From positions 2,036,054 through 2,100,053 of the forward strand of contig OZ220686.1 in NCBI GenBank assembly GCA_965116435.1: DNA of 64,000 nucleotides, read 5' to 3'. Source of the stretch: Rhodothermales bacterium (lineage in GTDB: Bacteria; Bacteroidota; Rhodothermia; Rhodothermales; VXPQ01). The notes beneath the pieces were generated by a model. It saw only the letters and a program-made list of their open reading frames with translations, had not been told where the DNA came from and did no database searches. Below are positions 9,568 through 19,704 of this stretch, piece by piece. The position numbers were made by a program, and so were the translations under genes. Numbering within the stretch: the first letter of the stretch is position 1; each line of letters begins with the position of its first letter.

Positions 9568-10728
9568 ATGAAAGGAATCGTCTATCTCGATTACAATGCG
9601 TCCACGCCCGTGGACGAACGGGTCCTGCAGGCCATGCTGCCCTGGTTTCGCGCGCAGTACGGCAATCCGTCCAGCAAAGGGCATCCTCTCGGGTGGACGG
9701 CGGAGGAGGCGTGCGACCAGGCCCGGGAGCGCATGGCCGCCGCCCTGCATGTGGAGCCGGGGGAGATTGTGTTTACTTCCGGCGCTACCGAGGGAGCCAA
9801 TGCGGCCATCAAGGGCGTCGCAGAGGCGTACCGGTCCCGGGGGCGGCACCTCGTTACGGCGCAGACCGAGCACTCGGCCGTTCTGCAGGCGCACCGTGCC
9901 CTGGAGCGAAACGGATACGAGCTTACCTGCCTGCCCGTGGACGCCTGCGGTCGAATTGATCTCGACGCGCTTGAAAACGCCCTGCGCGACGACACGATAC
10001 TTGTTTCCGTAATGTGGGCGAACAACGAGACGGGGGTCATCCAGCCCGTGGAGCGCATTTCGGAAATCACCCGCGCCCGGGGCGTGTTGTTCCTGACGGA
10101 CGCCACGCAGGCGGTGGGCAAGATTCCAGTCCGGGGCGGGCTGGCGGATTTGCTCGTTTGTTCGGCGCACAAGTTTTACGGCCCGAAGGGCGCGGGCGCC
10201 TTGTATGTCCGGCGGCGGGACCCCCGGGTGCGCCTTGCGCCGCTTCTGGACGGCGGCGGCCACGAAAACGGACGCCGTTCGGGTACGCTGAACGTGCCGG
10301 GCGTCGTGGGCATGGGCAAGGCTCTTGAAATCGCTTGCCGGGAGATGGAGGATTTTCGCAAGCGCATGGAGCGTTTGCGGAATCGTCTGGAGCAGCGCTT
10401 GCTCCAGCTTCCCGGGGCCAGGACGAACGCGCCGCCGCAGATTCCTCGTTTGCCGCAAACGTCCAGCATCCGGTTCGAAGGCGTCCGGGGCGCGCATATC
10501 ATGGCGGCCTGCCGCACCCTCGCTTTTTCCGCGGGCAGCGCCTGTTCCAGCGGGAGCGGCAAGCCGAGCCATGTGCTCCGGGCCATGGGCCTGTCCTCCG
10601 AACAAGCCCTGTCCACGCTGCGCCTCAGCCTCGGGCGGTTCACCGCCGAAGACGAGGTAGACCGCGCCGCCGACCAGATTGGAGTCGCCGTCCACGCCGC
10701 CCAGCGCGCGGCCATGCCGTCCGCCTGA
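9568..10728 (+). CDS. iscS: Cysteine desulfurase (IscS/NifS family)
   Basis: YLDYNASTP, FTSGATE, SAHKFYGPKG, RSGTLNVPG, SAGSACSS. Confidence 0.92.
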   Translation: MKGIVYLDYNASTPVDERVLQAMLPWFRAQYGNPSSKGHPLGWTAEEACDQARERMAAALHVEPGEIVFTSGATEGANAAIKGVAEAYRSRGRHLVTAQTEHSAVLQAHRALERNGYELTCLPVDACGRIDLDALENALRDDTILVSVMWANNETGVIQPVERISEITRARGVLFLTDATQAVGKIPVRGGLADLLVCSAHKFYGPKGAGALYVRRRDPRVRLAPLLDGGGHENGRRSGTLNVPGVVGMGKALEIACREMEDFRKRMERLRNRLEQRLLQLPGARTNAPPQIPRLPQTSSIRFEGVRGAHIMAACRTLAFSAGSACSSGSGKPSHVLRAMGLSSEQALSTLRLSLGRFTAEDEVDRAADQIGVAVHAAQRAAMPSA

Positions 10729-10768
10729 CCATTTTCGCCAGAACACATCCTTTGCACCCCTCTTCCGC

Positions 10769-11374
10769 ATGGAATCTATTTCGGGAAACATCGTAAATCG
10801 CGTGGCCCAGAGCGATCTGGTCGTGTTCAACCTGGAGGACCTGTGGGACCATCGGCCCGTCGAGGAATTCGACCTGGCCCCGTTCCTGTTCCAGGAGATC
10901 GTGCTGCGCGAAAAGGACTTCCGGGCCAGCATGAAGGCGCACGACTGGGGGCGCTACGCAGACGGTCATGTGGCGGTCTTTTGCTCGGCGGACGCCATCA
11001 TTCCCACCTGGGCATGGATGCTCGTCGCCTCGAAACTGGAGCCCGTCGCGCGTTCGGTAGCCATGGGCCGCGCAGAAGACCTGATTCGGGAGCGCTTCGC
11101 GCGCACCCTTGAATCCATGGACTGGTCCCCCTACGAAGGCAAGCCCGTGGTGGTCAAGGGATGCGGCAGCGGGGTCGTGCCGCCCGCCGCCTACCTGCTG
11201 GCCACGACCAAATTGCAGCAGGTGGCCGCAAAATTGATGTACGGCGAGCCGTGTTCGTCCGTCCCGCTGTGGCGCAAACCGCGCAACGCGGCGGGAACCC
11301 GGTCCGCCAACCTATCCGACGCGGGAAAGCCCCATGCCCCGGTTTCCGTACGCGGCGTCAAGGTGTCGCCGTAG
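10769..11374 (+). CDS. DUF2480 family protein
   Basis: IVNRVAQSDLVVFNLEDL, LREKDFR, DAIIPTWA, LMYGEPCSSVPLW. Confidence 0.85.
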   Translation: MESISGNIVNRVAQSDLVVFNLEDLWDHRPVEEFDLAPFLFQEIVLREKDFRASMKAHDWGRYADGHVAVFCSADAIIPTWAWMLVASKLEPVARSVAMGRAEDLIRERFARTLESMDWSPYEGKPVVVKGCGSGVVPPAAYLLATTKLQQVAAKLMYGEPCSSVPLWRKPRNAAGTRSANLSDAGKPHAPVSVRGVKVSP

Positions 11375-13411
11375 CGCTGCATGCCCGGGTTCCGTCAGGT
11401 CGGGATCGCGCGAAACGAGGTCGAAAGCGAGGTCGCGGGCCAGCGAAAGGAGTTCCACATCCTCCGGGAGTTCGGCGATTTTCAACGGGGGCAAGCCGCT
11501 TTGCCGGGTGCCGAAAAAGTCGCCCGCCCCGCGAATCTTCAGGTCGGCTTCGCTGATCCGGAAGCCGTCGTTCGTATCCACCATCACCTGCAAGCGCTTG
11601 CGGGCTTCGTTCGTGCATTTGTAGTCCGCCATCAGAATGCAGTAACTCTGTTTCCCGCCCCGCCCGACCCGGCCCCGGAGCTGGTGCAACTGGCTCAATC
11701 CGAAGCGTTCGGCATGCTCTACGATCATGATGGTGGCGTTCGGCACGTCCACGCCCACCTCAATCACCGTCGTAGCCACCAGCGCCTTGAAATCGGCCCG
11801 GCGGAACAGGGTCATGGTGTCTTCTTTTTCGCCCCGCGACATCCGTCCGTGGATCAGCCCTACCTTGTGCGGGGCGAATATCTTCTTCAACTCGGCATAG
11901 CCCGATTCTGCGTCCTTGAGGTCCATCTTTTCGGACTCTTCCACGAGCGGGTAGACGACGTAGCATTGCCTTCCCTTCGCAATCTCTTTCCGCACGAAGT
12001 CGTAGACCTGCTCCCGGCTTTTGTCGAAGCGCAGCGCCGTGCGCACCGGACGCCGTCCCGCGGGCAATTCTTTCATGACGGATACGTCCAGGTCCCCGTA
12101 GAGCGTCAACGCGAGGGAACGGGGGATGGGCGTGGCGGTCATGAGCAGCATGTGCGGGCGGGCGCCCATTTCGAACATGCGGGCGCGCTGCATGACGCCG
12201 AACCGGTGTTGTTCGTCCACGATCGCCAGGCCCAGGCGCCGGAACGCCACATCGTCCTGAATGAGCGCATGCGTCCCGACGGCCATGTTGGCCCGCCCTT
12301 CCGCTATGTCCGCAAGCACCTGGGTACGTTCCGCCTTGGGCAAGCCTCCGACAAGGAGTCGCAGCCGTACGCCGAGGGGGTCCAGGTACTTGCGCAAATT
12401 GGCGTAATGCTGCTCCGCCAGAATTTCCGTAGGCGCCATGAAGGCGCTCTGGTACCCGCTGTCGAGCGCATGCAGCATCGCCGCCACGGCCACCACGGTC
12501 TTGCCGCTGCCCACATCGCCTTGCAGCAGGCGGCGCATCTGCTTTCCGCTCTGCATATCCCGGGCAATATCTTTCAGCGCGGCTTGCTGCGCGCCGGTCA
12601 ATTCAAACGGAAGTCCATCCTCCAGGAACTGCTTTGCGTACGCTCCCGGCGCGTCGAACCGGGGGCCTGCATGCACGATCCGCCGCCGGCGCATGTGCGC
12701 CAGCATGGTTTGAATGGAAAAGAGTTCCTCGAACTTCAGCCGGTGCTTCGCCGCTTCGAGCTCCCGCCGGTCTTCGGGGAAATGGATGGCCCGCAGCGCC
12801 GTAGCGCCGTCCATCAACGCCGCTGCTTCGCACACGTCGGCCGGAAGCGGTTCCGGCAACGCCTCGAGGTTATGTTGGAAAAAACCATGCAAAAGGCGCC
12901 GGAATACGCGGCTGGTCAGGCCTACGCTCGCCAGCGCCGCGCCCCCGGGATACAAGGCAATGATGCGTCCGGTGTCCAGCGATGCGCTGTCCTCGCCCAG
13001 CTTGTCGAAATCCGGGTGCGCCATGGAGAACATGCCGCCATACTGCTGGGGTTTCCCGTGAAACGCCACTCGATCTCCCTTGGCGAACCGTTTCGATATC
13101 CACTGCACGCTCTTGAACCATACGCATTTCATGGCGTGGCCTGCCTCGTCCTGCAGGACCACCTCGAACCGGTATCCCGTGCGTCCCCGCACCGTATTCG
13201 CAAGAATTACTTCGCCCACTACCGTAACCGGAGACGTGCCCGTCCGCAACGCCGAAACCGCAACGACGGACGACCGGTCGAGGTAGCGGCGGGGATAATA
13301 ATGCACCAGGTCGCGCACGGTCTGCACGCCCGCCTCCGCCAGGACCTCCACGCGGCGGCCCGTGATTCCCTGCACGCACTCCACGCCTTGCTCCAGCAGC
13401 CTTATCGACAT
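11312..13411 (-). CDS. recG: ATP-dependent DNA helicase RecG
   Basis: LLQGDVGSGKT, DEQHRFG, MTATPIPR, RFGLSQLHQLRGRVGR, GTRQSG. Confidence 0.97.
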   Translation of the reverse strand: MSIRLLEQGVECVQGITGRRVEVLAEAGVQTVRDLVHYYPRRYLDRSSVVAVSALRTGTSPVTVVGEVILANTVRGRTGYRFEVVLQDEAGHAMKCVWFKSVQWISKRFAKGDRVAFHGKPQQYGGMFSMAHPDFDKLGEDSASLDTGRIIALYPGGAALASVGLTSRVFRRLLHGFFQHNLEALPEPLPADVCEAAALMDGATALRAIHFPEDRRELEAAKHRLKFEELFSIQTMLAHMRRRRIVHAGPRFDAPGAYAKQFLEDGLPFELTGAQQAALKDIARDMQSGKQMRRLLQGDVGSGKTVVAVAAMLHALDSGYQSAFMAPTEILAEQHYANLRKYLDPLGVRLRLLVGGLPKAERTQVLADIAEGRANMAVGTHALIQDDVAFRRLGLAIVDEQHRFGVMQRARMFEMGARPHMLLMTATPIPRSLALTLYGDLDVSVMKELPAGRRPVRTALRFDKSREQVYDFVRKEIAKGRQCYVVYPLVEESEKMDLKDAESGYAELKKIFAPHKVGLIHGRMSRGEKEDTMTLFRRADFKALVATTVIEVGVDVPNATIMIVEHAERFGLSQLHQLRGRVGRGGKQSYCILMADYKCTNEARKRLQVMVDTNDGFRISEADLKIRGAGDFFGTRQSGLPPLKIAELPEDVELLSLARDLAFDLVSRDPDLTEPGHAALRRHLDAAYGNRGMGLSRVG

Positions 13412-13498
13412 GGCGACGGAAATGGGTTCGATACGCTCAATGCCTTCCTTGCATCCCTTGGTCAGAGCCTCCCTTGCTTCGCATGCGCCTGCGGGTCG

Positions 13499-14956
13499 CT
13501 ATTCTGCATCCAGAAGGCGCTCGTCGGCTTGCCACTGGCCCGGCGGACGGAACTGCACGTCCACCGCATCGTCGGCTTCCAGCATTCCGAAAAGCCGGGT
13601 CTGCATTTCGAGAATGCGTTCCTGGTGATCCGGGCTGTTGATGAGGTTGTGCCGCTCGAACGGGTCCTGCTCCAGGTCGTACAATTCATTCATGTCCCAG
13701 ACGCCGTGGTAGAACATGTATTTGTACCGGTCGCCGCGGAGCGCATACACCGTGGGGGTGTGCGGAAAAGGGAATTCCCAGAAGTATTCGTAGGCAAATT
13801 CCGTCCGCCAGTCGGGAAGGGACGCCCCGCCGAGGAGCGGCAGGAACGAGCGACCGTCCATGTGCTCCGGGGTCTGTAGGCCCGCGAGGGTCAGGAACGT
13901 CGGCGCCACATCTATATTCAGGATCATCTGGTCCAGTTCGCTTGCAGGGGCCACATACCCCGGCGCCCAGGCCAGCATGGGTACGCGCATGGATTCCTCG
14001 TACGCATTCCGCTTGTCGATGAGTCCGTGTTCGCCGAACAGAAACCCGTTATCTCCCATGTATACGACCAGGGTTTCGTCCGCAAGGCCCTGTTCTTCCA
14101 GATAATCCAGCACGCGCCCGATGCTGTCGTCCACGCTCAGCAAGGTTTCCGCATACCGGCGGTAGAACTGGTCGTACACCAGATCGCCATGGTACATATG
14201 ATCGACGCCGTGCCAACTGTAGCGCTGCTCCTTGACCCATTTGGGTTTGGAGCGATAGTTTTGCTCCGTATTCGCCATCGTGACGGGATATTCCAGCGGC
14301 GCGTCCGCATACCGGCCCGCATGGCGCTCCGCAGGAATGAACTCGGCGTGCACGGCCTTGTGCGAAAGGTACAGGAAGAACGGGCGGTCCGCCTCCCGGT
14401 CGCCGAGCCATTTAAGGGCATAGTCCGTAAGCAGGTCCGACGTGTGTCCCGTGTGCGGACTCCGCGTCCCGTTCACGTTCAATTCGGGATTCACGTAGAC
14501 GCCTTGTCCCCGGAAACTTACCCAGTAATCGAACCCCGGACGCGGCGCATCGCTGGACGCACCCATGTGCCATTTCCCTACGAACGCGGTCTGATAGCCT
14601 GACTCCTGGAGCATTTCCGGGAAAAAGGCCGTGCCTTCCGGCACCAGCCGCTGATTGTCCACTACGCCGTGGTTGTGCGCGTACTGGCCGGTGAGGATGG
14701 AGGCCCGGCTTGGCGAGCACAACGCCGTGGTCACGAAGGCGTTGCGCAGATGCAGCCCTTCGCGGGCCATGCGATCCATGTTGGGGGTTTCGAGGAAATC
14801 GGGCGCGCGCTCATGGAAGCCCATGAAATCGTACCGATGGTCGTCGCTCAGGATAAACACGACGTTGCGGGGCGCGTCGCCAGACTGCGCTCGGGCAGCC
14901 CGTGCGCCGCCGAAGGCGAGTAGACAGACAAGGCAGGCGTTTGTAAAAAGACGCAT
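13499..14956 (-). CDS. Sulfatase (GlcNAc-6-sulfatase-like), secreted
   Basis: Signal peptide, NVVFILSDD, CSPSRASILTG, GKWH, DKRNAYEES. Confidence 0.92.
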   Translation of the reverse strand: MRLFTNACLVCLLAFGGARAARAQSGDAPRNVVFILSDDHRYDFMGFHERAPDFLETPNMDRMAREGLHLRNAFVTTALCSPSRASILTGQYAHNHGVVDNQRLVPEGTAFFPEMLQESGYQTAFVGKWHMGASSDAPRPGFDYWVSFRGQGVYVNPELNVNGTRSPHTGHTSDLLTDYALKWLGDREADRPFFLYLSHKAVHAEFIPAERHAGRYADAPLEYPVTMANTEQNYRSKPKWVKEQRYSWHGVDHMYHGDLVYDQFYRRYAETLLSVDDSIGRVLDYLEEQGLADETLVVYMGDNGFLFGEHGLIDKRNAYEESMRVPMLAWAPGYVAPASELDQMILNIDVAPTFLTLAGLQTPEHMDGRSFLPLLGGASLPDWRTEFAYEYFWEFPFPHTPTVYALRGDRYKYMFYHGVWDMNELYDLEQDPFERHNLINSPDHQERILEMQTRLFGMLEADDAVDVQFRPPGQWQADERLLDAE

Positions 14957-15241
14957 GGTTTTATGGACAGTCGGGGAATCGGGAAAAGGGGGGGCTTTGT
15001 ACGAAGCGGTTTTGATCCGGGCGCCTCAGAGCATGTGAGAGCGTCCGAGCGCGTCCCGTAAAGATACAAACAGGTTTTTCGTCGGACCACATCCAGCGCC
15101 GCCGCCGGAGCATTGGTGCGCACCGGTACAGAAACAGAATACGATATAAGGAGACAACATAACATGTTTTGATCCGTTCGATGGGGCGGTCGGCGAAGGT
15201 CGTCGGCCCAATGGATAGCGTACGGACCTGTACCTTGCAGC

Positions 15242-17656
15242 ATGCCGGACAAGATACCGTATAGCCTCCCGCGCATCGTGGAAGCGCCTGCGCCCTGCCT
15301 GTTCCTTTTTATTGCGTTTATCGCGCTGATTGCAAGCGGATGCGGCGCGCAGCCTCCTTCCGACCCGACCTGGGTAGGCCGCGAAACGTGCGCCGGATGC
15401 CATGCGGAGGCGGCGCTGGCCTGGAGCGGATCGGATCACGACCGGGCCATGGAAGAGGCTTCGCCGGAAACCGTGCTGGGGGATTTCGACGATGCGGCGT
15501 TCGAGCGTTGCGGCGTCGAAACGCGCTTTTTTCGGGAAGAAGATCGTTTTTTCATCCGGGCGCAGGGGGCCGACGGGGCCATGCAAACCTGGCCGGTCGC
15601 CTACACGTTTGGCTACGAACCCCTCCAGCAATATCTCATTCCGACCGAAAAAGGGCGCTTGCAGGCGTTTACGGTCGCTTGGGATACGGAGGGCGCACGG
15701 TGGTTTTCCTTGTCGGAAGACGAATGCATCGATCCCCCGGACTGGCTGCACTGGACCGGCGGCGGGATGAACTGGAATTATATGTGCGCGGATTGCCATT
15801 CCACCAACCTGCAGCGCCGTTTCAATCTGGCCGAAGGCGCGTACGAGACGGTTTTCGAGGAAATCGATGTGAGTTGCGAAACGTGCCACGGTCCGGGGTC
15901 GGCTCACGTGGACAGGGCCCGGTCCGGGACGTACGATGCGGCCCAATCCGGCCTCGCGGCTCCCTTTGCGACGCCGCACGAACAGGTGGAAACCTGTGCG
16001 CCGTGCCATTCTCGCCGCCGCGTCGCGTACCCGAATCATATCGCAGGCAATGCGTTTCTGGATCATTACAATCCCGATCTCCTGGAGGAGGGGCTGTATT
16101 TCGCCGACGGACAGATACGCGACGAGGTGTATGTGTACGGCTCGTTCGTGCAAAGCCGCATGTATGCAGAGGGCGTGGCGTGCACGGATTGCCACGATCC
16201 ACATACGACCCGGGTGAAGTTCGAAGGGAATGCGTTGTGCGGACAATGCCATGACGTGGCCGTCTACGATACGTTCGAGCACCTCCGGCATCCCGAGGGC
16301 GCGGAAGGTTCGCAATGCGTGGATTGCCATATGCCGGAGCGGACGTATATGGGGGTGGACCCCCGGCGGGATCACGGGTTCAAAATTCCCCGGCCCGATC
16401 TGTCCGACCGGACCGGCGCTCCGAACGCATGCGAGGGGTGTCATGCGGATCGTTCTGCGGAATGGGCCGCCGACCGCATCGCGGATTGGCATGGGCCGGA
16501 CCGCCCGCCTTCGTTCGCGGCGGCGTTCGCCGGGGGGCGGGCGGGCGATCCCGAGGCAGAGCCGGCCTTGGTTCGCCTGACGGAAGACCCTTCCGCCCCG
16601 GACATCGTGCGGGCGACGGCCTTGACCTTGCTGGACGGGTATGCTACGGTGCGGGCTTCGGAAGCGGCGAGGCGGGCGCTGGGGGATGAGGCGGCGCTCG
16701 TGCGGGCGACGGCCGTGCAACGTTTCGGGGCAGGGGAGGGCGCCGATCGCTCGGCGATCCCGCACCTGGAGTCTCTGCTGACCGATCCCGTGCGGCTGGT
16801 GCGGATGGAAGCGGCTCGCGTGCTCGCCCACATGGCGCCGGAGCGTTATGTTCGGGGGGATGCGGACGAAACGGCGGTCGCCTGGCGCCATGCCTTGCAG
16901 GAATATCGGGACGGACAGCACGCCCTGAACGATCAGGCGGCCTCGCATCTGAATCTGGCCATTCTGCACGAGCAGCTTGGGCAGCCGGACTCGGCGGCGG
17001 CGGCCTACCGCACGGCGATCCGCGTGGATTCCCTCTTCGTTCCGGCCTACCTGAACCTGGCCATGCTGCTCAACCGTTTGCGGGATGCGGGTGTGGCGGA
17101 GGGCGTTGGGGCGGGTATGGCGAGCGGAGTTGGCGGCGCGCGGGGTTCGGGCGGTGCGGGGGGGCCGGGCGGCTTCGGTGAGGGGGGTTCGGGTGGTGCG
17201 GGCGGGGCCGGTGATGCGGGTGGCGGGGTTGGCGGCCCGGAGGCGCTGGCCGCCGAAGCGGAGATGGCGTTGCAGGCGGCGGTGCGCCTGGAGCCAGACG
17301 CCGCCGAGGCGCATTACGCGCTGGGGCTGTTCCTGGGGGAAACGCCGGAGGGCCTTGAAGAGGCGGCGGGCCATCTCGAACAGGCGGCGCTGCTGGACGC
17401 CTCCAACGCCCGCATGCAATACAACGCCGGGCTGGCCTACCAGCAACTGGGCCACGCCGAACAGGCAGAACGGTTTTTGTCCCGCGCGCTGGCCATTTCC
17501 CCGAACCATGCGGACTACCTGAACGCCCTAAGCATTTTCCATGCCCAGCAAGAGGCATGGGACCAGGCCCTCGAATACACGGACCGCCTCCTTGCACAAT
17601 ACCCGGACCACCCTGACTTGCTTGAGCGGAGGGTTTGGATTTTGGGGAGGAGGTGA
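15242..17656 (+). CDS. Multiheme (8 CxxCH) c-type cytochrome with HEAT and TPR repeats
   Basis: CAGCH, CADCH, CETCH, CAPCH, CTDCH, CGQCH, CVDCH, CEGCH. Lipobox-like ASGC. Gly-rich insert within the TPR region. Start uncertain. Confidence 0.88.
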   Translation: MPDKIPYSLPRIVEAPAPCLFLFIAFIALIASGCGAQPPSDPTWVGRETCAGCHAEAALAWSGSDHDRAMEEASPETVLGDFDDAAFERCGVETRFFREEDRFFIRAQGADGAMQTWPVAYTFGYEPLQQYLIPTEKGRLQAFTVAWDTEGARWFSLSEDECIDPPDWLHWTGGGMNWNYMCADCHSTNLQRRFNLAEGAYETVFEEIDVSCETCHGPGSAHVDRARSGTYDAAQSGLAAPFATPHEQVETCAPCHSRRRVAYPNHIAGNAFLDHYNPDLLEEGLYFADGQIRDEVYVYGSFVQSRMYAEGVACTDCHDPHTTRVKFEGNALCGQCHDVAVYDTFEHLRHPEGAEGSQCVDCHMPERTYMGVDPRRDHGFKIPRPDLSDRTGAPNACEGCHADRSAEWAADRIADWHGPDRPPSFAAAFAGGRAGDPEAEPALVRLTEDPSAPDIVRATALTLLDGYATVRASEAARRALGDEAALVRATAVQRFGAGEGADRSAIPHLESLLTDPVRLVRMEAARVLAHMAPERYVRGDADETAVAWRHALQEYRDGQHALNDQAASHLNLAILHEQLGQPDSAAAAYRTAIRVDSLFVPAYLNLAMLLNRLRDAGVAEGVGAGMASGVGGARGSGGAGGPGGFGEGGSGGAGGAGDAGGGVGGPEALAAEAEMALQAAVRLEPDAAEAHYALGLFLGETPEGLEEAAGHLEQAALLDASNARMQYNAGLAYQQLGHAEQAERFLSRALAISPNHADYLNALSIFHAQQEAWDQALEYTDRLLAQYPDHPDLLERRVWILGRR

Positions 17657-17680
17657 TTTTTTCGGGAATGATATCCAATA

Positions 17681-19110
17681 CTACACAAAGTGAATTTCTT
17701 TCTGATTTTCCACCTTACCAGTGTAAGGATCACGCATTATGGGCAAGTTCGGTATACGATTGTCAAAGTATTCCTCAATAGACCACAAATTCATTCGATC
17801 AAATGGACGGCCTTGTATCCGTATCTCATTCATTCTGGCGGCTTCCGCGTGTGCGGAATTTGAAGTAATTTTATCAAGCGTAATAAAACAACTTACTGCT
17901 GCTTTTTCACGATCCGCAACACTGTTAAAATCGCGTAGATAACTCAAATTAAACTTGCCACCTTTTACCTGTGATAATGCTATTTTAGAGGGATATTTAT
18001 CTGGTTTCATTGCCAATGTTGCTCGCCCGTCTATACCGCCATCACCAACCTTTACCTTATTCGGAGCAAACCCAGACAAACGAGTTACAGCCCAAGCTTC
18101 AAAATGAAACGGTTCGTCCTTTGCCAATCTACGGGCAGAATCGAAATCAGCGGGAATACCTTTTGTTGGTATATTCTGATTGCGAAGGCGTTTCTCTTTA
18201 ACGAGATCAATGGCTATCGGAGATATATCAACGCCAACCCATTGACGTTTAAGAAGCTGAGCTGCTTCTACAGTTGTACCACAGCCGCAGAATGGATCGA
18301 GGACAACATCTCCTTCGTTGCTTGATGCTTCTATAATTCGTTGAAGTATAGACAGGGGCTTCTGTGTAGGATAACCAAGGCGTTCCTTCGCCTGTGAGTT
18401 CAACTGGGTAAACTTGGGATCACGCAGGTAAGACCATACATCATCAGGCATTATTCCTTCGTCAGGATAGAATATTTTTCCTGCTCCATTTACATGACAT
18501 TTTCGACCATCCGCATCTACTTTGTTATATCGGCGTTCCTTCATTCGACGCGGAACCCTAACCTGTACTCCCACATAATCTTCGGATCGGGAATAAAAGA
18601 ATAATGTATCGTGTTTTCTTCGATAATCCTTCTTTCCACTATTACCCATGTGATAATGCCATATAATCTCATTACGAAAATTTTTTGATCCAAATATACT
18701 ATCCATAACAACCTTGAGATAATGACTTGCTGTCGGATCGCAATGTAAATAAATCGAACCTGTAGGTTTCAGTAGACGATGCATCTGCTCCAACCGCTCC
18801 GCCATATAGGTCAGGTACGCCATCATACCTGACTGCCCTAACACTTGGTACAAACCTTGTATGGCTTTATGGGCAGGACGAGCGACCGCATCGTCAAACT
18901 CACTGTACCGCCTTTCCGCATCCCCATCCCAGTACCATGTATCGTCGAATGCTCGGTATTGAGCCCCCCCCCCGCATCTTGTCCGTACAAGATATTATAG
19001 TTAGCCTTCGAGTTGAAAGGTGGGTCAAGATATATCAGGTCTACAACGTTGGCATTCCATTTACGCATCCAGTCAAGGCAGTCACCGTAATACAGGGTTC
19101 CAGTATCCAT
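17681..19110 (-). pseudogene. N6/N4 DNA methyltransferase fused to an Mrr-like endonuclease domain, frameshifted at a G10 tract
   Basis: First frame: LYYGDCL...DLIYLDPPFNS. Second frame: AQYRAFDDTWYW...GYPTQKP...LDPFCGCGTT...DGGIDG...QVKGG. The break falls at C10 on the + strand, 18964-18973. Confidence 0.9.
18964..18973 (-). repeat. G10 homopolymer tract within the methyltransferase CDS
   Basis: gag-cccccccccc-gcatc on the + strand. Confidence 0.95.
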
Positions 19111-19704
19111 TTTATCTTCGAAGGTTGGTTGTCGGGATGCCCACAGAAGTGGGCTTATAACATACAATATACGAAACACCAAACTAGAAAGCAAATCCGT
19201 ATCAATAATTTTTTTGTGTTTATACATCTTTACTCTTGATGTCATCAATTCTTTATATACTACATATATTTTAAAAATAACTAAATAATCGCAAGAAAAT
19301 GACTATAAAAATACTAAGTAAATAATTTCTAAATTAGTGTTAAGAATTGATTGCAAAATGGGCGAAGAAAAAGGATACGGTACGATGTGTATGAGAAAGT
19401 TATAAAGAATCAGGAGACAAAAGAAAAAGTGTCTACTCCGAAGAATTGAGGAGGGCTATCTGCGTTGCTCCGAAGAAAAAGCGGGAATCGCCGAGAGTAT
19501 AAATCGGGCTGTGTAATATTAGATATAAGTTCTTTGTTATGGGGATTACATACCAAAGAGACCCCAAAATCCTTGCCTACGGTTGCTCCAAATCAGCATA
19601 ATAATCGGCGTTACGCGTACCCGCTGCGCCCACACCGGACCTCCGCTACATCGCCGCTATGGCGCGCTTGCTTATCTCGCTGAGCAGGCCCCCGGGTCCG
19701 GCCC

